Shown: positions 9,618 through 21,239, counted from the first letter of the whole stretch. The stretch is 63,980 nucleotides of DNA, filler included, from a bacterium (GCA_037439705.1; 13 parts of 13 records of this genome joined end to end with filler, not necessarily neighbours in it); one strand, 5' to 3'. The notes: a model not told the origin generated them from the sequence alone. A program made the numbers and translations.

Positions 9618-9815
9618 TATTTTTTTTATTTTATTTTTTTTGTTTGGATAGGGGGGTGTTTTGTTGTGTGGGGGGGTTAAACGGCGTTCCTTAAAACTTA
9701 CTTCCAGGAATGCTGATTGAAAAAATATAACACACTCATAACTCTTTTATTTCCTCCTCAAATAATGTTTTTTGAAAATCTTGCTTATTATACAGGATGA
9801 ATTATAGTATTCAAT

Positions 9816-10589
9816 ATGTGCCCTGTATGTAAAAAACCCTCTAATTTGTGGAGGTCTTTTATTCTGGATGAAAAGGAGTTTGTGTTTCTCAAGTGTCCGC
9901 ACTGCGGACTTATATTTCTTAAGGGAAGGGAGTATTCTTATTCCTTTTATAACGAACACTACAGAGAGATAGAAAAAGCAAGTTTTTCTCTTGATTGTTT
10001 TCCACAGGAAAGGGGAAGGGGGAAAAAGGTTTATGAGATAATTTCAAGAATGAAAGGGAAGGGAAAATGTCTTGATATAGGATGCGGTCCCGGATACTTT
10101 CTTGGAAATTTGAAGAACTATGGAGATTATGAACTGTTCGGGGTTGAAATCTCTGAAACAGCAGTAAAATTTGCAGAGAAAAACTTCGGAATAAAGGTTT
10201 TTCATGGAACAATTGATGATGCGGATTTTCCTCCAGAATATTTTGACATAATTATCCTTTCTCATGTTCTTGAGCACCTTCCTGATCCCCTTCAAATGCT
10301 TTTAAAAATAAGAGAACTTTTGAAAAACGATGGAATTTTTTACTGCGAAGTTCCTGATGAATTTGAGAGCATAAATGGTTTAATCAGAACATACATTCTG
10401 AAAAAACCTCCTGTTGGACTCTATGCTGGACACCTGAATTATTTTGGGAAATCATCTTTAAAGAAGGTGTTAAGTATAGCAGGATTCAAGCTTTTAAGAG
10501 GCTTATGGACACATTCTCACATAGACCTCAAAAGGGCTGTGCACCAGATTTTTGGGGTTCAGGTTAAATACGATAACCCTCTCATTAAT
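9816..10589 (+). CDS. Class I SAM-dependent methyltransferase with N-terminal Zn ribbon; truncated at contig end
   Basis: CPVC...CPHC, LDIGCGPG, FDIIILSHVLEHLPDP. Confidence 0.85.
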
Positions 10590-10764
10590 NNNNNNNNNNN
10601 NNNNNNNNNNNNNNNNNNNNNNNNNNNNNNNNNTTAATTAATTAANNNNNNNNNNNNNNNNNNNNNNNNNNNNNNNNNNNNNNNNNNNNCCCTTCACCCT
10701 CCTATTTCTCGAAATGAAAGAGAATTACCTTGCTTATTTTTTTGGATTAACATATTATAAAATT

Positions 10765-12075
10765 ATGACCGAAGAGAAAAAAAAGATATTTGAAAAAATT
10801 GCTTCCCTTATAAAAGAGGGAAAACTCGGGGAGGGAATAGAGATAAAATTTATCGTTTATGAAAGACCTGGAATTTTTGTGGGAGAGGTTCTCGGAAATC
10901 CTGTAATGGACCCATCGGGCAGAAAGGGAGGAGTTCTTTATGACCTGTTGATAGATTTTAAAGAATTGTTTCCCGAGATAATTGCGGTGATTGTGAAAAA
11001 TGGCAGAAATTTTTTCAAGATTCCTTGGAATGAGGTGGAAATGTTCAACCGAAGATTTGTTGTTTCAAAAACCGAGATTGAAAACTGGAAGACATATTCG
11101 CCATTACAGAATGACCTTCTGGTAAGAAAACGCATCCTTGACAAGCAGATTGTTGATATAAACGGAGCAAAGGTCGTTAGAGTCAACGATATCAAACTTA
11201 CGGAAATAGGTGGTAATTTTTTTGTAGTGGCTGCAGAAATAGGAGTTGCGGGGATAATAAGAAGACTTTCCTTAGAAAAACTTTTTAAAATTTTAAGGAT
11301 AAAGCCATCTTCAAAACTACTTCCATGGCATTTTTTCAAACCCCTTGAACCGAGCCTCTCAAGACTTACACTTTCCATTACAAATACTATGCTCAGGGAG
11401 ATGCATCCAGCAGATATTGCAGATATAGTGGAAGATATTCCTGAGGATCAGAGAATATGGTTTATAGAACATCTCCCTTCTGAAGTTATTGCGGATGTTC
11501 TTGAAGAACTTGAGCCAATATATCGGGCAGGAATAATTGAAGGACTTAAAAGTGATAAAGCAAAGGATGTTATAGCAGCCCTTGAGCCCGACAAAGCAGC
11601 AGATATAATCTCCAATCTCTCGGATTCAACTGCCAAAAAACTCCTCTCCTATATGGATAGAGAAGAAGCAAGAGAAATTGAGGAACTTCTCAAACATCCG
11701 AAGAGAAGAGCAGGGGGACTTATGACCACAGATTATGTTTCTTTCCCTCCTGATATGAGCGTCAGTGAGGCAATAGAAAAATTTAAAGAAAAGGCTAAAG
11801 AGATAGAGGCTGTGTATTATATTTACATAACCGAGGGAGATGTCTTGAAGGGTGTTTTATCTTTAAGGGAGCTTCTTCTTGCAGACAAAGAAAAAAAACT
11901 TTCAGATATTATGACAACAAACATAAAGTTCTGTACCCCGGACATGAATTATAAACAAATTGCAGAAATAATGGCGACCTACAACCTTATAGCCCTTCCA
12001 GTAATTGAAGATGGAAAATTCAAAGGCATAGTTACTGTAGACGATATTCTGGAAATTGCCTTTCCTCCACCATAA
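10765..12075 (+). CDS. PRC-barrel / MgtE N-terminal / CBS-pair cytosolic protein
   Basis: ILDKQIVDINGAKVVRVNDI, HPADIADIVE, AGGLMTTDY, GIVTVDDILE; no membrane domain. Start placed at ATG 10765, after TTGCTT-17-TATTAT. Confidence 0.85.
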   Translation: MTEEKKKIFEKIASLIKEGKLGEGIEIKFIVYERPGIFVGEVLGNPVMDPSGRKGGVLYDLLIDFKELFPEIIAVIVKNGRNFFKIPWNEVEMFNRRFVVSKTEIENWKTYSPLQNDLLVRKRILDKQIVDINGAKVVRVNDIKLTEIGGNFFVVAAEIGVAGIIRRLSLEKLFKILRIKPSSKLLPWHFFKPLEPSLSRLTLSITNTMLREMHPADIADIVEDIPEDQRIWFIEHLPSEVIADVLEELEPIYRAGIIEGLKSDKAKDVIAALEPDKAADIISNLSDSTAKKLLSYMDREEAREIEELLKHPKRRAGGLMTTDYVSFPPDMSVSEAIEKFKEKAKEIEAVYYIYITEGDVLKGVLSLRELLLADKEKKLSDIMTTNIKFCTPDMNYKQIAEIMATYNLIALPVIEDGKFKGIVTVDDILEIAFPPP

Positions 12076-13304
12076 TGAAGATTTTAAAAAATCTCTTAAG
12101 AAGAACATGGATTTTTTTACTGGTTATGGGTCCTGCCTTTATTACCTCCGTGGCGGATAATGATGCCAGCGGAGTGGCGAGTTACACAGTAGCAGGAGCA
12201 AGAACTGGTTATTCCCTGCTTTTTGTTCTTACCATTTCCACCATTTTGCTCATCGGAATTCAGGAGATGTCGGCAAGGCTTGGGGTGGTAACTGGAAAGG
12301 GATTAACAGAAACCATAAGAGAAATCTATGGGGTGCAGATTGGTTTTCTGTGTCTCATTCTACATATAGTAACCACATTTAGCACAGCAGTAGCAGAAGT
12401 GGCTGGTATAGCAGGAAGTATGGGACTCCTTGGAGTATCAAAATTCTTGGCGGTTCCACTTTTCATAATCGCTCTTTTTTTAATAATCTATTTCTGGGAC
12501 TACAAAATTCTTGAGAGGTTTTTTCTTACACTCACACTTTTTTACTTTTGTTATGTGGCATCTGCTCTGATGGTAAACCCTCCGTGGGAGGAAGTAGTTT
12601 ACAGAATTTTTGTTCCTGACATAAAGGCATTTTTAAAAAGGGAAGGTTTATATCTTTTAATTATTATTGTTGGAACAACAATAACTCCGTGGATGCAATA
12701 CTACCTCCAGTCCAGCGTGGTAGAAAAGGGTATAATGAAGGAACATCTTCCTTATGTGAGGTTAGAAGTGATTCTTGGAGCATTTGCTACCCAGTTTTTT
12801 GCTCTTTTTATGATGGTCTGTGCTGGAGCAGTTTTGCATCCAAACGGGATAAGGGTGGAAAGTGCTGAAGAGGCAGCAATGGCATTAAAACCTCTGGCGG
12901 GAAAGTACTTTTACATCCTCTTTTCCATAGGATTTTTGAACGCTTCCCTGATGGGAGCTCTGATTCTTCCTATTTCATCAGCATACGCAATTTGTGAGTT
13001 TTTTGGGTGGGAGGGTGGAGTGAGTAAAAACTTTAAAGAGGCACCATATTTTTATATTACTCTCGCTCTTTACTACATATTTTCAGCCTTTTTTGTACTT
13101 ATACCGGGGATGCCTCTCATATCCCTTATGCTTATATCACAATTTCTGAATGGAGTTCTTCTTCCACTTTTGATTTTTTTGATGCTCAAGGTTGCGAACT
13201 CAGATGAGATAATGGGAAACTTAAAAAATCCATTCATCATCAATCTCACAGCCATTTTAACTGTTCTGTTTGTTGTCCTTGCTACCATTTTTATGCTGAG
13301 ATAA
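12075..13304 (+). CDS. NRAMP-family divalent metal transporter
   Basis: GPAFITSVADNDASG, QEMSARLGVVTGKG, VGTTITPWM; multi-TM; overlaps the stop of the upstream gene. Confidence 0.85.
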   Translation: MKILKNLLRRTWIFLLVMGPAFITSVADNDASGVASYTVAGARTGYSLLFVLTISTILLIGIQEMSARLGVVTGKGLTETIREIYGVQIGFLCLILHIVTTFSTAVAEVAGIAGSMGLLGVSKFLAVPLFIIALFLIIYFWDYKILERFFLTLTLFYFCYVASALMVNPPWEEVVYRIFVPDIKAFLKREGLYLLIIIVGTTITPWMQYYLQSSVVEKGIMKEHLPYVRLEVILGAFATQFFALFMMVCAGAVLHPNGIRVESAEEAAMALKPLAGKYFYILFSIGFLNASLMGALILPISSAYAICEFFGWEGGVSKNFKEAPYFYITLALYYIFSAFFVLIPGMPLISLMLISQFLNGVLLPLLIFLMLKVANSDEIMGNLKNPFIINLTAILTVLFVVLATIFMLR

Positions 13305-13375
13305 AAAACAGATTCCACCTTTCTCAATCAAAAAAGTTTGATTTTTGGGGTATAGAGGTTAAAATAAAAAACACG

Positions 13376-14380
13376 ATGAAGAAAAAGTGGTGGGTTATTT
13401 TTATATTTTTTCTTTTGACGGGACTGATAGGAAGAATTATTACACGAAAAAAAGAAACATCTGTCCTACGGATAGGTTATCAGCCCATTACAGACCATCT
13501 TGCCCTTATGATAGCAATGGAAAAGGGATGGTTGATGGAGGGGTTGAAAAAATACGGAATAAAAAAAATAGAACTGAAAGAGTTTCCAACAGGTCCTCAG
13601 GAAATTCATGCGATGATGGGGGGGGAAATAGATATTGTTTATGTGGGTTCTGCTCCAGTAATTGCGGGCATCTATGAAGGACTTCCCGCGAAAATCATAG
13701 CAGGCGTTCACTTACAGGGTTATGCCCTCGTTTTAAAAAAGGAGATTGCAAAAACATATAAGGATGTTTTCTCTTTGAAGGGACTGAAAATTGCCACCTA
13801 TCCTCCAGGTTCTGTTCCATACATTGTATTTGTTAAATGGCTTATGGACAAGGGAATCTCTCCGGATGAACTTTCAATAAAAACAATGGGTCCTTCAGAT
13901 GGAGTTCTGGCAATGGAAATGGGAGATGTGGATGGTATATTTCTTCCTCCTCCCTATCCTGTGATAATTGTAGAAAAGGGCATTGGAGATATTGTTGAAA
14001 CCTCTAAAACTATATGGAAGGGACATGCCTGTTGTGTTATTGCAGCAAGAAATGAACTAATAGACAAAACTCAAGAAATCCTTGTTGAAATGATAAGGAT
14101 TCATATAAAAGCCACTGAATATGTAAAAAACCATCCTGATGAGGCAGTTGAAACATTCTCAAAATGGACAAACATTAAACCATCAACCATTAAACTTGCC
14201 TTTAAGCTTCTTGATATGGACTGGATTCATGACCCTGAAATTTCCATACCCTCTGTTTTAGAATATGCAAAGGTCATATACCAACTGAATAAGGAAAGAT
14301 ATCAAAAAAGACAGCCATTGGGCGTTGAAGAAATATTTTATCTTCCACTTTATAAAAAAGCCATAAGTGAACAATTTTAG
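13376..14380 (+). CDS. ABC transporter substrate-binding protein (SsuA/NrtA/TauA type)
   Basis: LRIGYQP, GEIDIVYVGSAP, LKGLKIA; followed by permease and ATPase genes. Confidence 0.85.
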   Translation: MKKKWWVIFIFFLLTGLIGRIITRKKETSVLRIGYQPITDHLALMIAMEKGWLMEGLKKYGIKKIELKEFPTGPQEIHAMMGGEIDIVYVGSAPVIAGIYEGLPAKIIAGVHLQGYALVLKKEIAKTYKDVFSLKGLKIATYPPGSVPYIVFVKWLMDKGISPDELSIKTMGPSDGVLAMEMGDVDGIFLPPPYPVIIVEKGIGDIVETSKTIWKGHACCVIAARNELIDKTQEILVEMIRIHIKATEYVKNHPDEAVETFSKWTNIKPSTIKLAFKLLDMDWIHDPEISIPSVLEYAKVIYQLNKERYQKRQPLGVEEIFYLPLYKKAISEQF

Positions 14381-15131
14381 AACAAATTTTATTGTATCAA
14401 TTTTTACATTCCTTCTAATTCTGGAATTCCTTGCAAGGTTTGTAGTCAAAAATCCAGTTTATCTTCCTCCTCCATCTTCCGCTCTTTTATCCTTTGTGCA
14501 TTTGAGGAATTATATCCTCAAAGACCTTATGACAAGTTTGATGCATTTTTTTATCGGGGTAGGGTTTGCCTGCTTTTTCGGAATTTTTATCGGAATTGGA
14601 ATTGGCTGGTTTCCTAAAATTTATAATGCCTTTTTCCCTGTTCTTGAAATTTTAAGACCCATTCCCCCAATTGCCTGGATACCAATGGCAATAATATGGT
14701 TTAAACTCACGCATTTTTCAGCAGGTTTCATAATTTTTACAGGAGCATTTTTCCCTGTTCTTATAAGCACTTACACAGGACTGAAAGATGTGCCAAGGGT
14801 TCTTATAGAAACAGCAAAAATTCTCGGAGCAAAAAGTGCTCTGTCTTTAATAAGGCATGTCGGAATTCCTTATGCTCTCCCTTATATCTTTTCAGGTATA
14901 GGAACGGGAATGGGGGTAGGGTGGATGTGTGTTGTGGCTGCAGAGATTTTCGGGGTCAGCGATTCAGGAATAGGGTACAGACTTTTTCAAAGATTTTACC
15001 ATTTCCATCAGATGGATTATGCACTGGTTTATATGCTTCTTCTTGGTTTTGTCTCCCTTACAATGGATGCAATTTTCAGGAAACTGGTAATTGATAGATT
15101 TCTTAAGTGGAAAAGAGGGATAGTGAAGTGA
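14367..15131 (+). CDS. ABC transporter permease (SsuC/TauC type)
   Basis: LRPIPPIAWIP, EAA-like loop ETAKILGA, GWMCVVAAE. Confidence 0.85.
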   Translation: MNNFRTNFIVSIFTFLLILEFLARFVVKNPVYLPPPSSALLSFVHLRNYILKDLMTSLMHFFIGVGFACFFGIFIGIGIGWFPKIYNAFFPVLEILRPIPPIAWIPMAIIWFKLTHFSAGFIIFTGAFFPVLISTYTGLKDVPRVLIETAKILGAKSALSLIRHVGIPYALPYIFSGIGTGMGVGWMCVVAAEIFGVSDSGIGYRLFQRFYHFHQMDYALVYMLLLGFVSLTMDAIFRKLVIDRFLKWKRGIVK

Positions 15132-15796
15132 AACTTGACCTGATCAATGTATCAAAGACATATTTCTCTGATAAAGGGAAGGTGAAGGCACTTGAAGACA
15201 TAAATTTGGAAGTTAGAGAAGGGGAATTTTTGTGCATAGTAGGTCCTACAGGCTGTGGAAAAACTACCCTTTTAAGGTTGATAGCAGGACTTGAGCGTCC
15301 TACATCCGGAAGAATTTTACTTGATGGTAAAGAAATTTCTGAACCTTCTCCTGAAAGAGCCCTTATTTTTCAAGAATTTTCCCTTTTTCCATGGAGAAGT
15401 GTTTACAAAAACATTGAATTCGGACTTGAGATGAGCGGAATAAAAAATAGAAAAGAGATTGTTGATAAATATATAGAACTTATGGAACTGAAAGGGTTTG
15501 AAGAAAGGTATTCTCATGAACTTTCAGGAGGGATGAAACAGAAGGTAGCCATTGCGAGAGCCTTATGTATGGACCCGGCAATTCTTTTGATGGACGAACC
15601 ATTTTCTTTTCTTGATTCAGAAACCACAAAGATGCTCCATAAAGAGATTTTAAATATATGGAAAAAAACAGGAAAAACCATAATTTTTGTCACCCACAGT
15701 TTAGAGGAAGCAACAGTTCTTGGCAGAAAAATTGTTTTTCTTTCTCAGAGACCGGGAAGGATAATAAAAATAGAAGAGTTTAAAAACCCTGAATGA
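15128..15796 (+). CDS. ABC transporter ATP-binding protein (SsuB/TauB type)
   Basis: GPTGCGKT, LSGGMKQ, LLMDEPF, VTH. Probable GTG start at 15128 overlaps the permease stop. Confidence 0.9.
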   Translation: MKLDLINVSKTYFSDKGKVKALEDINLEVREGEFLCIVGPTGCGKTTLLRLIAGLERPTSGRILLDGKEISEPSPERALIFQEFSLFPWRSVYKNIEFGLEMSGIKNRKEIVDKYIELMELKGFEERYSHELSGGMKQKVAIARALCMDPAILLMDEPFSFLDSETTKMLHKEILNIWKKTGKTIIFVTHSLEEATVLGRKIVFLSQRPGRIIKIEEFKNPE

Positions 15797-15965
15797 CCAG
15801 GCACAAGAGAAGAAAACCAAAAGAAAGGTTTATAGGTGGATTCACGACAGAGGAGTTTCTCCCTGNNNNNNNNNNNNNNNNNNNNNNNNNNNNNNNNNNN
15901 NNNNNNNNNTTAATTAATTAANNNNNNNNNNNNNNNNNNNNNNNNNNNNNNNNNNNNNNNNNNNN

Positions 15966-16812
15966 CAACAATTTTCTCAACTCCATTCGCTCCGAGAATC
16001 ACAGGGAGACCCATTACTGTATCTGTAAGTCCATATTCTCCCTCCACATAAACTGTGCAAGGGAGGAGTTCCTTCTTATCGTGAAGAATTGATTTTACCA
16101 TCTGAACAACTGCTGCTGATGGAGCGTAATAGGCTGAACCAGTCTTTAATAGAGAAACAATTTCCCCACCGGCCTTCTGGGTTCTCTGAATTATTGCATT
16201 AAGTTTATCTTTTGGAAGAAGGTCTTTAACAGGAACACCACCCACAGTGGTATAGGTTGCAGATGGAACCATTGTGTCTCCATGGCTTCCGAGAACAAAG
16301 GCGTTTATTGCTTTAACAGATACCTTTAATTCCATTGCAAGAAATGCCCTGAACCTTGCTGAATCAAGGATTCCAGCCATACCCATTACCCTGTTCCTTG
16401 GAAATTTTGATATTTTATATGAGAGATAGGTCATAGCATCAAGTGGATTGGCTACCATTATTAGTATGCTGTTAGGGGCGTATTTAATAACATTTTCCGT
16501 AACCTCTCTGATTATCTTTGCGTTTGTGGTAATCAAGTCTTCTCTTGACATTCCTGGCTTTCTCGGAACGCCTGATGTAACAACTACAATATCTGCATCT
16601 TTTATGTCCGCGATGTTATTCGTTCCGAGTACCTGTGTATCGTATCCATATATCGGTCCCATGTGCATAAGGTCAAGAGCCTTACCCATGGGCATCCCTT
16701 CAATAATATCAATGAGAACAACATCACCGAGTTCTTCCATAGCTAAAAGCTCGGCGGTTGTCCCACCCACCTGCCCTGCACCAATTACTGCTATTTTCTT
16801 TCTATTTGCCAT
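15966..16812 (-). CDS. mdh: Malate dehydrogenase (LDH-like); 3' end truncated
   Basis: [42 protein letters not shown]. Confidence 0.92.
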
Positions 16813-16834
16813 GACATCCTCCTTTTCATTTATT

Positions 16835-18097
16835 TTATTGTTTTTTCATAACCTTTTCTTGATACTCATTCCATCTCTCTTCAAGCCTCGGATCTGAAAT
16901 CGTCTCAAGAAGGTAATCACAGAAAGCCCTTCCTGTAGCTCCTGTAGGACGCCCTGTGACCACGAGTTTCTTCTCATACTGCCCGCATATCTCAAGAGCC
17001 ATATTTAATTTCCTTCCCAGGTCAACATATCCTATATGTTCAAGGAGCATCGCCCCAGCCTTTGTTATGCTGGATGTATCTGCATATTGGGCTCTTCCCT
17101 CCTGAACCATCCTGGGAGCACTTCCGTGAATTGCTTCAAACATTGCATACCTCTTTCCTATGTTTGCAGCACCCGCGGTTCCGACACCTCCCTGAAACTC
17201 AGCCGCTTCGTCCGTAATTATGTCTCCGTAAAGATTTGGAAGAACAAAAACCTGAAAATCGGTTCTTCTCTTAGTGTCAATCAGTTTTGCTGTCATTATA
17301 TCAATGTACCAGTCATCGGCATTTATCTCAGGATATTCCTTCGCAATTTTATAAAATTCTTCGAGGAACAATCCATCAGTTGTCTTCACCACATTTGCCT
17401 TGGTAACAGCAGTAACCCTCTTTTTACCGGTCTTCTTTGCGTGCTCAAATGCAAGCCTTATAATTCTTTCACTTCCAGGTCTTGTTATCATTTTAAAATC
17501 AATAGCGAGCCCCGGAAGCGCCTCAATCCCGTATGGACCAAGGGCATAGACATCCTCTGTATTTTCCCTGAAGAATATCCAGTCAATTCCTTCTGAAGGA
17601 ACTCTTACTGGTCTCACATTTGCAAAAAGGTCAAGTTCCTTTCTCATAGCAACATTTGCACTTTCAATATTTGGCCATGGGTCGCCTTTCCGAGGAGTCG
17701 TCGTAGGTCCTTTGAGATGGACATGACACTTCTTTATCTCTTCAAGAACATCGTCCGGAATCGCTTTTCCCACCGCCGCCCTTCTCTCTATCGTCAATCC
17801 TTCTATCACCCTGAACTCAACCTTCCCATCTTTTATTTCGTCTTTCAAAAGGTATTCCAGAACCCTCTGAGCTTCGGATGTAATATAAGGACCTATTCCA
17901 TCTCCTCCAAGCACGCCGATTATTATTGGTTTGACCTTTGAATAGTCTATAAAATCTTCTTGTTTGCTTATCTCCTCAAGTCTTTTTGCCTGCTGTTCCA
18001 GAAGTTTCCTGAAGTGCTCCTTCGCCTTTTTTATGTACTCCTTTATCTCGTCCTTCTTTTTTGTTGGTGATTTTGCAGTTTTCCTTTTCTTTACCAT
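16835..18097 (-). CDS. icd: Isocitrate dehydrogenase (isocitrate/isopropylmalate dehydrogenase family)
   Basis: [36 protein letters not shown]; lies between aconitase and mdh; AAGGAGG RBS precedes ATG 18097. Confidence 0.8.
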   Translation of the reverse strand: MVKKRKTAKSPTKKKDEIKEYIKKAKEHFRKLLEQQAKRLEEISKQEDFIDYSKVKPIIIGVLGGDGIGPYITSEAQRVLEYLLKDEIKDGKVEFRVIEGLTIERRAAVGKAIPDDVLEEIKKCHVHLKGPTTTPRKGDPWPNIESANVAMRKELDLFANVRPVRVPSEGIDWIFFRENTEDVYALGPYGIEALPGLAIDFKMITRPGSERIIRLAFEHAKKTGKKRVTAVTKANVVKTTDGLFLEEFYKIAKEYPEINADDWYIDIMTAKLIDTKRRTDFQVFVLPNLYGDIITDEAAEFQGGVGTAGAANIGKRYAMFEAIHGSAPRMVQEGRAQYADTSSITKAGAMLLEHIGYVDLGRKLNMALEICGQYEKKLVVTGRPTGATGRAFCDYLLETISDPRLEERWNEYQEKVMKKQ

Positions 18098-18098
18098 T

Positions 18099-20042
18099 TT
18101 ATCCTCCTTTTCCAAATTTGTCTCTTATATAATTGAGTTTGCTGCCCTTTATTATCAATTCCTTTTCCCTATCGCTTAAATCAGTGTATACATAAAAGGA
18201 AAAGTTCTTTGTTTTGTTTTTAATCTCTATATCTTCACCTTTGAGTAATGCCTCTTTTACATTTTCTATCTCCAGTTCATCTCCCATATCTATTTTGTTA
18301 TAATCCTCAGGATTCCTCAAAATAAACGGAATTATTCCAAAATTTATGAGGTTTGCTCTATGAATTCTCGCATAGGAAATTGCAATTACACCTTTCACCA
18401 TTAGATACCTCGGAGCTATTGCTGCGTGCTCCCTGCTTGAACCCTGTCCGTAATTTACTCCACCAAGAATAAATCCGCCCTTCCATTCTTTTGCCCTTGC
18501 TACAAAATTCTCGTCAACCCTTGAAAATGTCCATTCAGAAATAGCAGGGATATTTGACCTTAATGGCAAAATTTTTGCGCCTGCTGGAAGTATGTGGTCT
18601 GTGGTTATATTATCACCAACCTTTATTAGAACCCTTCCTTTCAAAGAAGAAGGCAATGGTTCCATTTCAAAGAGAGACTTTATATTCGGACCCCTTATGA
18701 TTTCCACCTTCTCCCTCTTTTTGGGAGGAAGAGGAGGAATTAAAAGCGAATCATCTGGCTCAAATTTGTCGGGCATTTCAATCACAGGATATTTACCCAA
18801 CCTTCTCGGGTCGGTTAGAACTCCGTAGATTGCAGAAGCAACTGCGACTTCTGGACTGCATAGATAAACCTTTGCATCTTTCGTTCCACTTCTTCCCTCA
18901 AAGTTTCTGTTGAATGTTCTCAAAGACACACCGCCAGACGGTGGAGCAAAACCCATTCCTATACATGGTCCACAGGCATTCTCAAGAATTCTTGCTCCCG
19001 CTGAAATTATATCAGCAAGATACCCTTTTTTGGCAAGCATTTTCATCACCGCTCTTGAACCGCCGTTTATTCCTAGGCTGACATCCGGATGAACCCTTCT
19101 TCCCTTCAAAACCTTTGCAACTAACATCAGGTCCCTGTATGAGGAGTTTGTGCAACTTCCAATAGCAACCTGGTTCACCTTTATACCTTCCACCTCCTTA
19201 ACTGGTTTAACATTGTCGGGACTGTGTGGAAGGGCAATAAGTGGTTCCAATTCGGACAGGTCTATTTCTATAACATCCTCGTATTCTGCATCTTTATCCG
19301 GAAGAATGGGTCTCCAGTCTTTTTCCCTTCCCCAGGCTTTCAAAAATTTTCTGGTTATCTCGTCACTCGGAAAAATAGAGGTTGTAGCACCCAACTCGGT
19401 TCCCATGTTTGTAATTGATGCCCTTTCATATAGAGAAAGTGTCTTTATCCCTTCACCGCCAAATTCAAAAACCTTTCCAACCCCTCCTTTAACTGTCAAC
19501 CTTCTTAAAAGTTCAAGAATAATGTCCTTGGCTGAAACCCATGGACGAAGTTTACCTTTAAGTTTAACAAGAATAACCTGAGGGCACGGAAATGCGTATG
19601 GCTCTCCTGCCATAGAAGAAGCGACCTCAAGACCGCCAACCCCGATAGCGATCATCCCCAATCCTCCACCAGTTGGCGTGTGGCTGTCCGAACCAGTAAG
19701 GGTCTGCCCGGGAACACCAAACCTTTCAAGATGAACCTGATGGCATATACCATTTCCAGGCTTTGAAAACCATATTCCATATTTCTGTGCTACTGTTTGA
19801 AGATAAATGTGGTCATCAGGATTTTTGAAATCCTCCTGAAGCATGTTATGATCCACATAGCTTACAGAAACCCTTGTTCTCGGTTTTGAAACGCCCATTG
19901 CTTCAAACTGAAGATAAACCATTGTTCCTGTAGCATCCTGAGTAAGGGTCTGGTCTATTTTTATTTCTATTTCTTTACCTGGAACAAGCTCCCCTCTTAC
20001 CAGATGTGCCTTCAATATCTTCCATGTAACAGTTCCCTTCAT
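18099..20042 (-). CDS. acnA: Aconitate hydratase (short ~650-aa type)
   Basis: QDATG, YVDHN, GICHQ, DSHT, IGSCTN, CGPCIG, NRNFEGR, ITTDHI, GSSREHAA. Confidence 0.88.
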   Translation of the reverse strand: MKGTVTWKILKAHLVRGELVPGKEIEIKIDQTLTQDATGTMVYLQFEAMGVSKPRTRVSVSYVDHNMLQEDFKNPDDHIYLQTVAQKYGIWFSKPGNGICHQVHLERFGVPGQTLTGSDSHTPTGGGLGMIAIGVGGLEVASSMAGEPYAFPCPQVILVKLKGKLRPWVSAKDIILELLRRLTVKGGVGKVFEFGGEGIKTLSLYERASITNMGTELGATTSIFPSDEITRKFLKAWGREKDWRPILPDKDAEYEDVIEIDLSELEPLIALPHSPDNVKPVKEVEGIKVNQVAIGSCTNSSYRDLMLVAKVLKGRRVHPDVSLGINGGSRAVMKMLAKKGYLADIISAGARILENACGPCIGMGFAPPSGGVSLRTFNRNFEGRSGTKDAKVYLCSPEVAVASAIYGVLTDPRRLGKYPVIEMPDKFEPDDSLLIPPLPPKKREKVEIIRGPNIKSLFEMEPLPSSLKGRVLIKVGDNITTDHILPAGAKILPLRSNIPAISEWTFSRVDENFVARAKEWKGGFILGGVNYGQGSSREHAAIAPRYLMVKGVIAISYARIHRANLINFGIIPFILRNPEDYNKIDMGDELEIENVKEALLKGEDIEIKNKTKNFSFYVYTDLSDREKELIIKGSKLNYIRDKFGKGG

Positions 20043-20235
20043 TTTTACCTCACTCCTAAATTTTCATTCTTAGATAAACTCTTTTACAACAAAAAATCAA
20101 CAAAAATTTAATATACTTTCTCCAAATCCTGCAAGAAAAATTCTTATCTGGGCGATTTAACCCATAGGCTATGTTTGATAGTGGATTTTTCTCTCCTATT
20201 CCCATCGCTTCCTCCCATTTTCATTTAAAAAATTT

Positions 20236-20262
20236 AAAGCGGGGCTTTTTTCGCCCCGCTTT
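20236..20262 (-). terminator. Intrinsic terminator downstream of the IclR gene
   Basis: Perfect 10-bp stem AAAGCGGGGC/GCCCCGCTTT with a 7-nt loop, followed by a T-rich tract on the minus strand. Confidence 0.75.
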
Positions 20263-20300
20263 GAGGAGGGAAGGGGTTAAAGGAGGGTCTTAGGAGCCCA

Positions 20301-21002
20301 TTATTCAAGCCTTTTCTCGCCAAGCCTTTTGTTTAATTCAGGTACAATTTCCATGCCAACATTTATAATAGATTTCACTCGCTCCTCATCCCCTCTGAAT
20401 GAGGGAATATAAACAACTATGGCACTGATGTGGTTGATTTCAACCACTGGAAAGGCAATGGAAATAACACCTTTAATGGATTCGCCTCTATCAATCATGG
20501 GCTCAAAATCTATTTCTTTATCCTTTGTTCTTTCAAGTTTTTCTATTAATTTACCTGCAACATGGATATTCGCAGGAAATTGTCTCCATTTCTCTATATT
20601 CACACTTATTATCTCTGATGAAGGGGCTGATAAAAGGTGATAAATGTTGTTATTATTTTTCATACAAAAATAAACGCACTCCCCAGTTTTCTTTGCTATA
20701 GTCTCAATAGCCTTCTGTTTTTCTTTGAGAAGGTCAATTTTTCTTAGAAAGGCATCTCCAAGAAGAAGGCACTTTGAGGAAAGTCTGTAATTTTCTGTTT
20801 CTTTATTCTGCTCCACATATCCATAAAGCTGAAGGGTAGCAAGAATTCTGAAAACATTGTTCTTTTCAAACTCTGTTCTCATTGCAAGTTCGGAAATCCC
20901 CAGTTCTTTTTCCTCGCCCTTCACAAATTCTTCAAGAACTCTGAGGGCTCTTACCAGCGATTTTATAGTGTAGTCCGTTTTTCTCTTTTTTTCTTTCATC
21001 AT
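20301..21002 (-). CDS. IclR-family transcriptional regulator
   Basis: IKSLVRALRVLE...LGISELA...KNNVFRILATL HTH; start placed at ATG 21002. Confidence 0.85.
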   Translation of the reverse strand: MMKEKKRKTDYTIKSLVRALRVLEEFVKGEEKELGISELAMRTEFEKNNVFRILATLQLYGYVEQNKETENYRLSSKCLLLGDAFLRKIDLLKEKQKAIETIAKKTGECVYFCMKNNNNIYHLLSAPSSEIISVNIEKWRQFPANIHVAGKLIEKLERTKDKEIDFEPMIDRGESIKGVISIAFPVVEINHISAIVVYIPSFRGDEERVKSIINVGMEIVPELNKRLGEKRLE

Positions 21003-21008
21003 ACTTAT

Positions 21009-21036
21009 AATATAACACAATGCGTCATTAAGTCAA
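21009..21036 (-). promoter_or_regulatory. Promoter of the IclR gene with a palindrome in the spacer
   Basis: TTGACT-16-TATATT with an extended TG; ATG 6 nt downstream; AATG-ACG-CATT inverted repeat between the boxes is a possible autoregulatory operator. Confidence 0.55.
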
Positions 21037-21239
21037 GAGTTTTCAAAAATTTTTACCTTTCTCCTACTCTCCACTCCTCAAAAATACTTATTTATCTTTT
21101 AAAACCTTGTCATTTCATATAACGGCTGACGAGAAGTTGNNNNNNNNNNNNNNNNNNNNNNNNNNNNNNNNNNNNNNNNNNNNTTAATTAATTAANNNNN
21201 NNNNNNNNNNNNNNNNNNNNNNNNNNNNNNNNNNNNNNN

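Noticed and set aside
20056..20215. Small ORF with a GGAGG RBS between the IclR terminator and aconitase (MGIGEKNPLSNIAYG...)
   Set aside because: About 50 codons, no motif, and it runs through the likely aconitase promoter region; cannot be supported.
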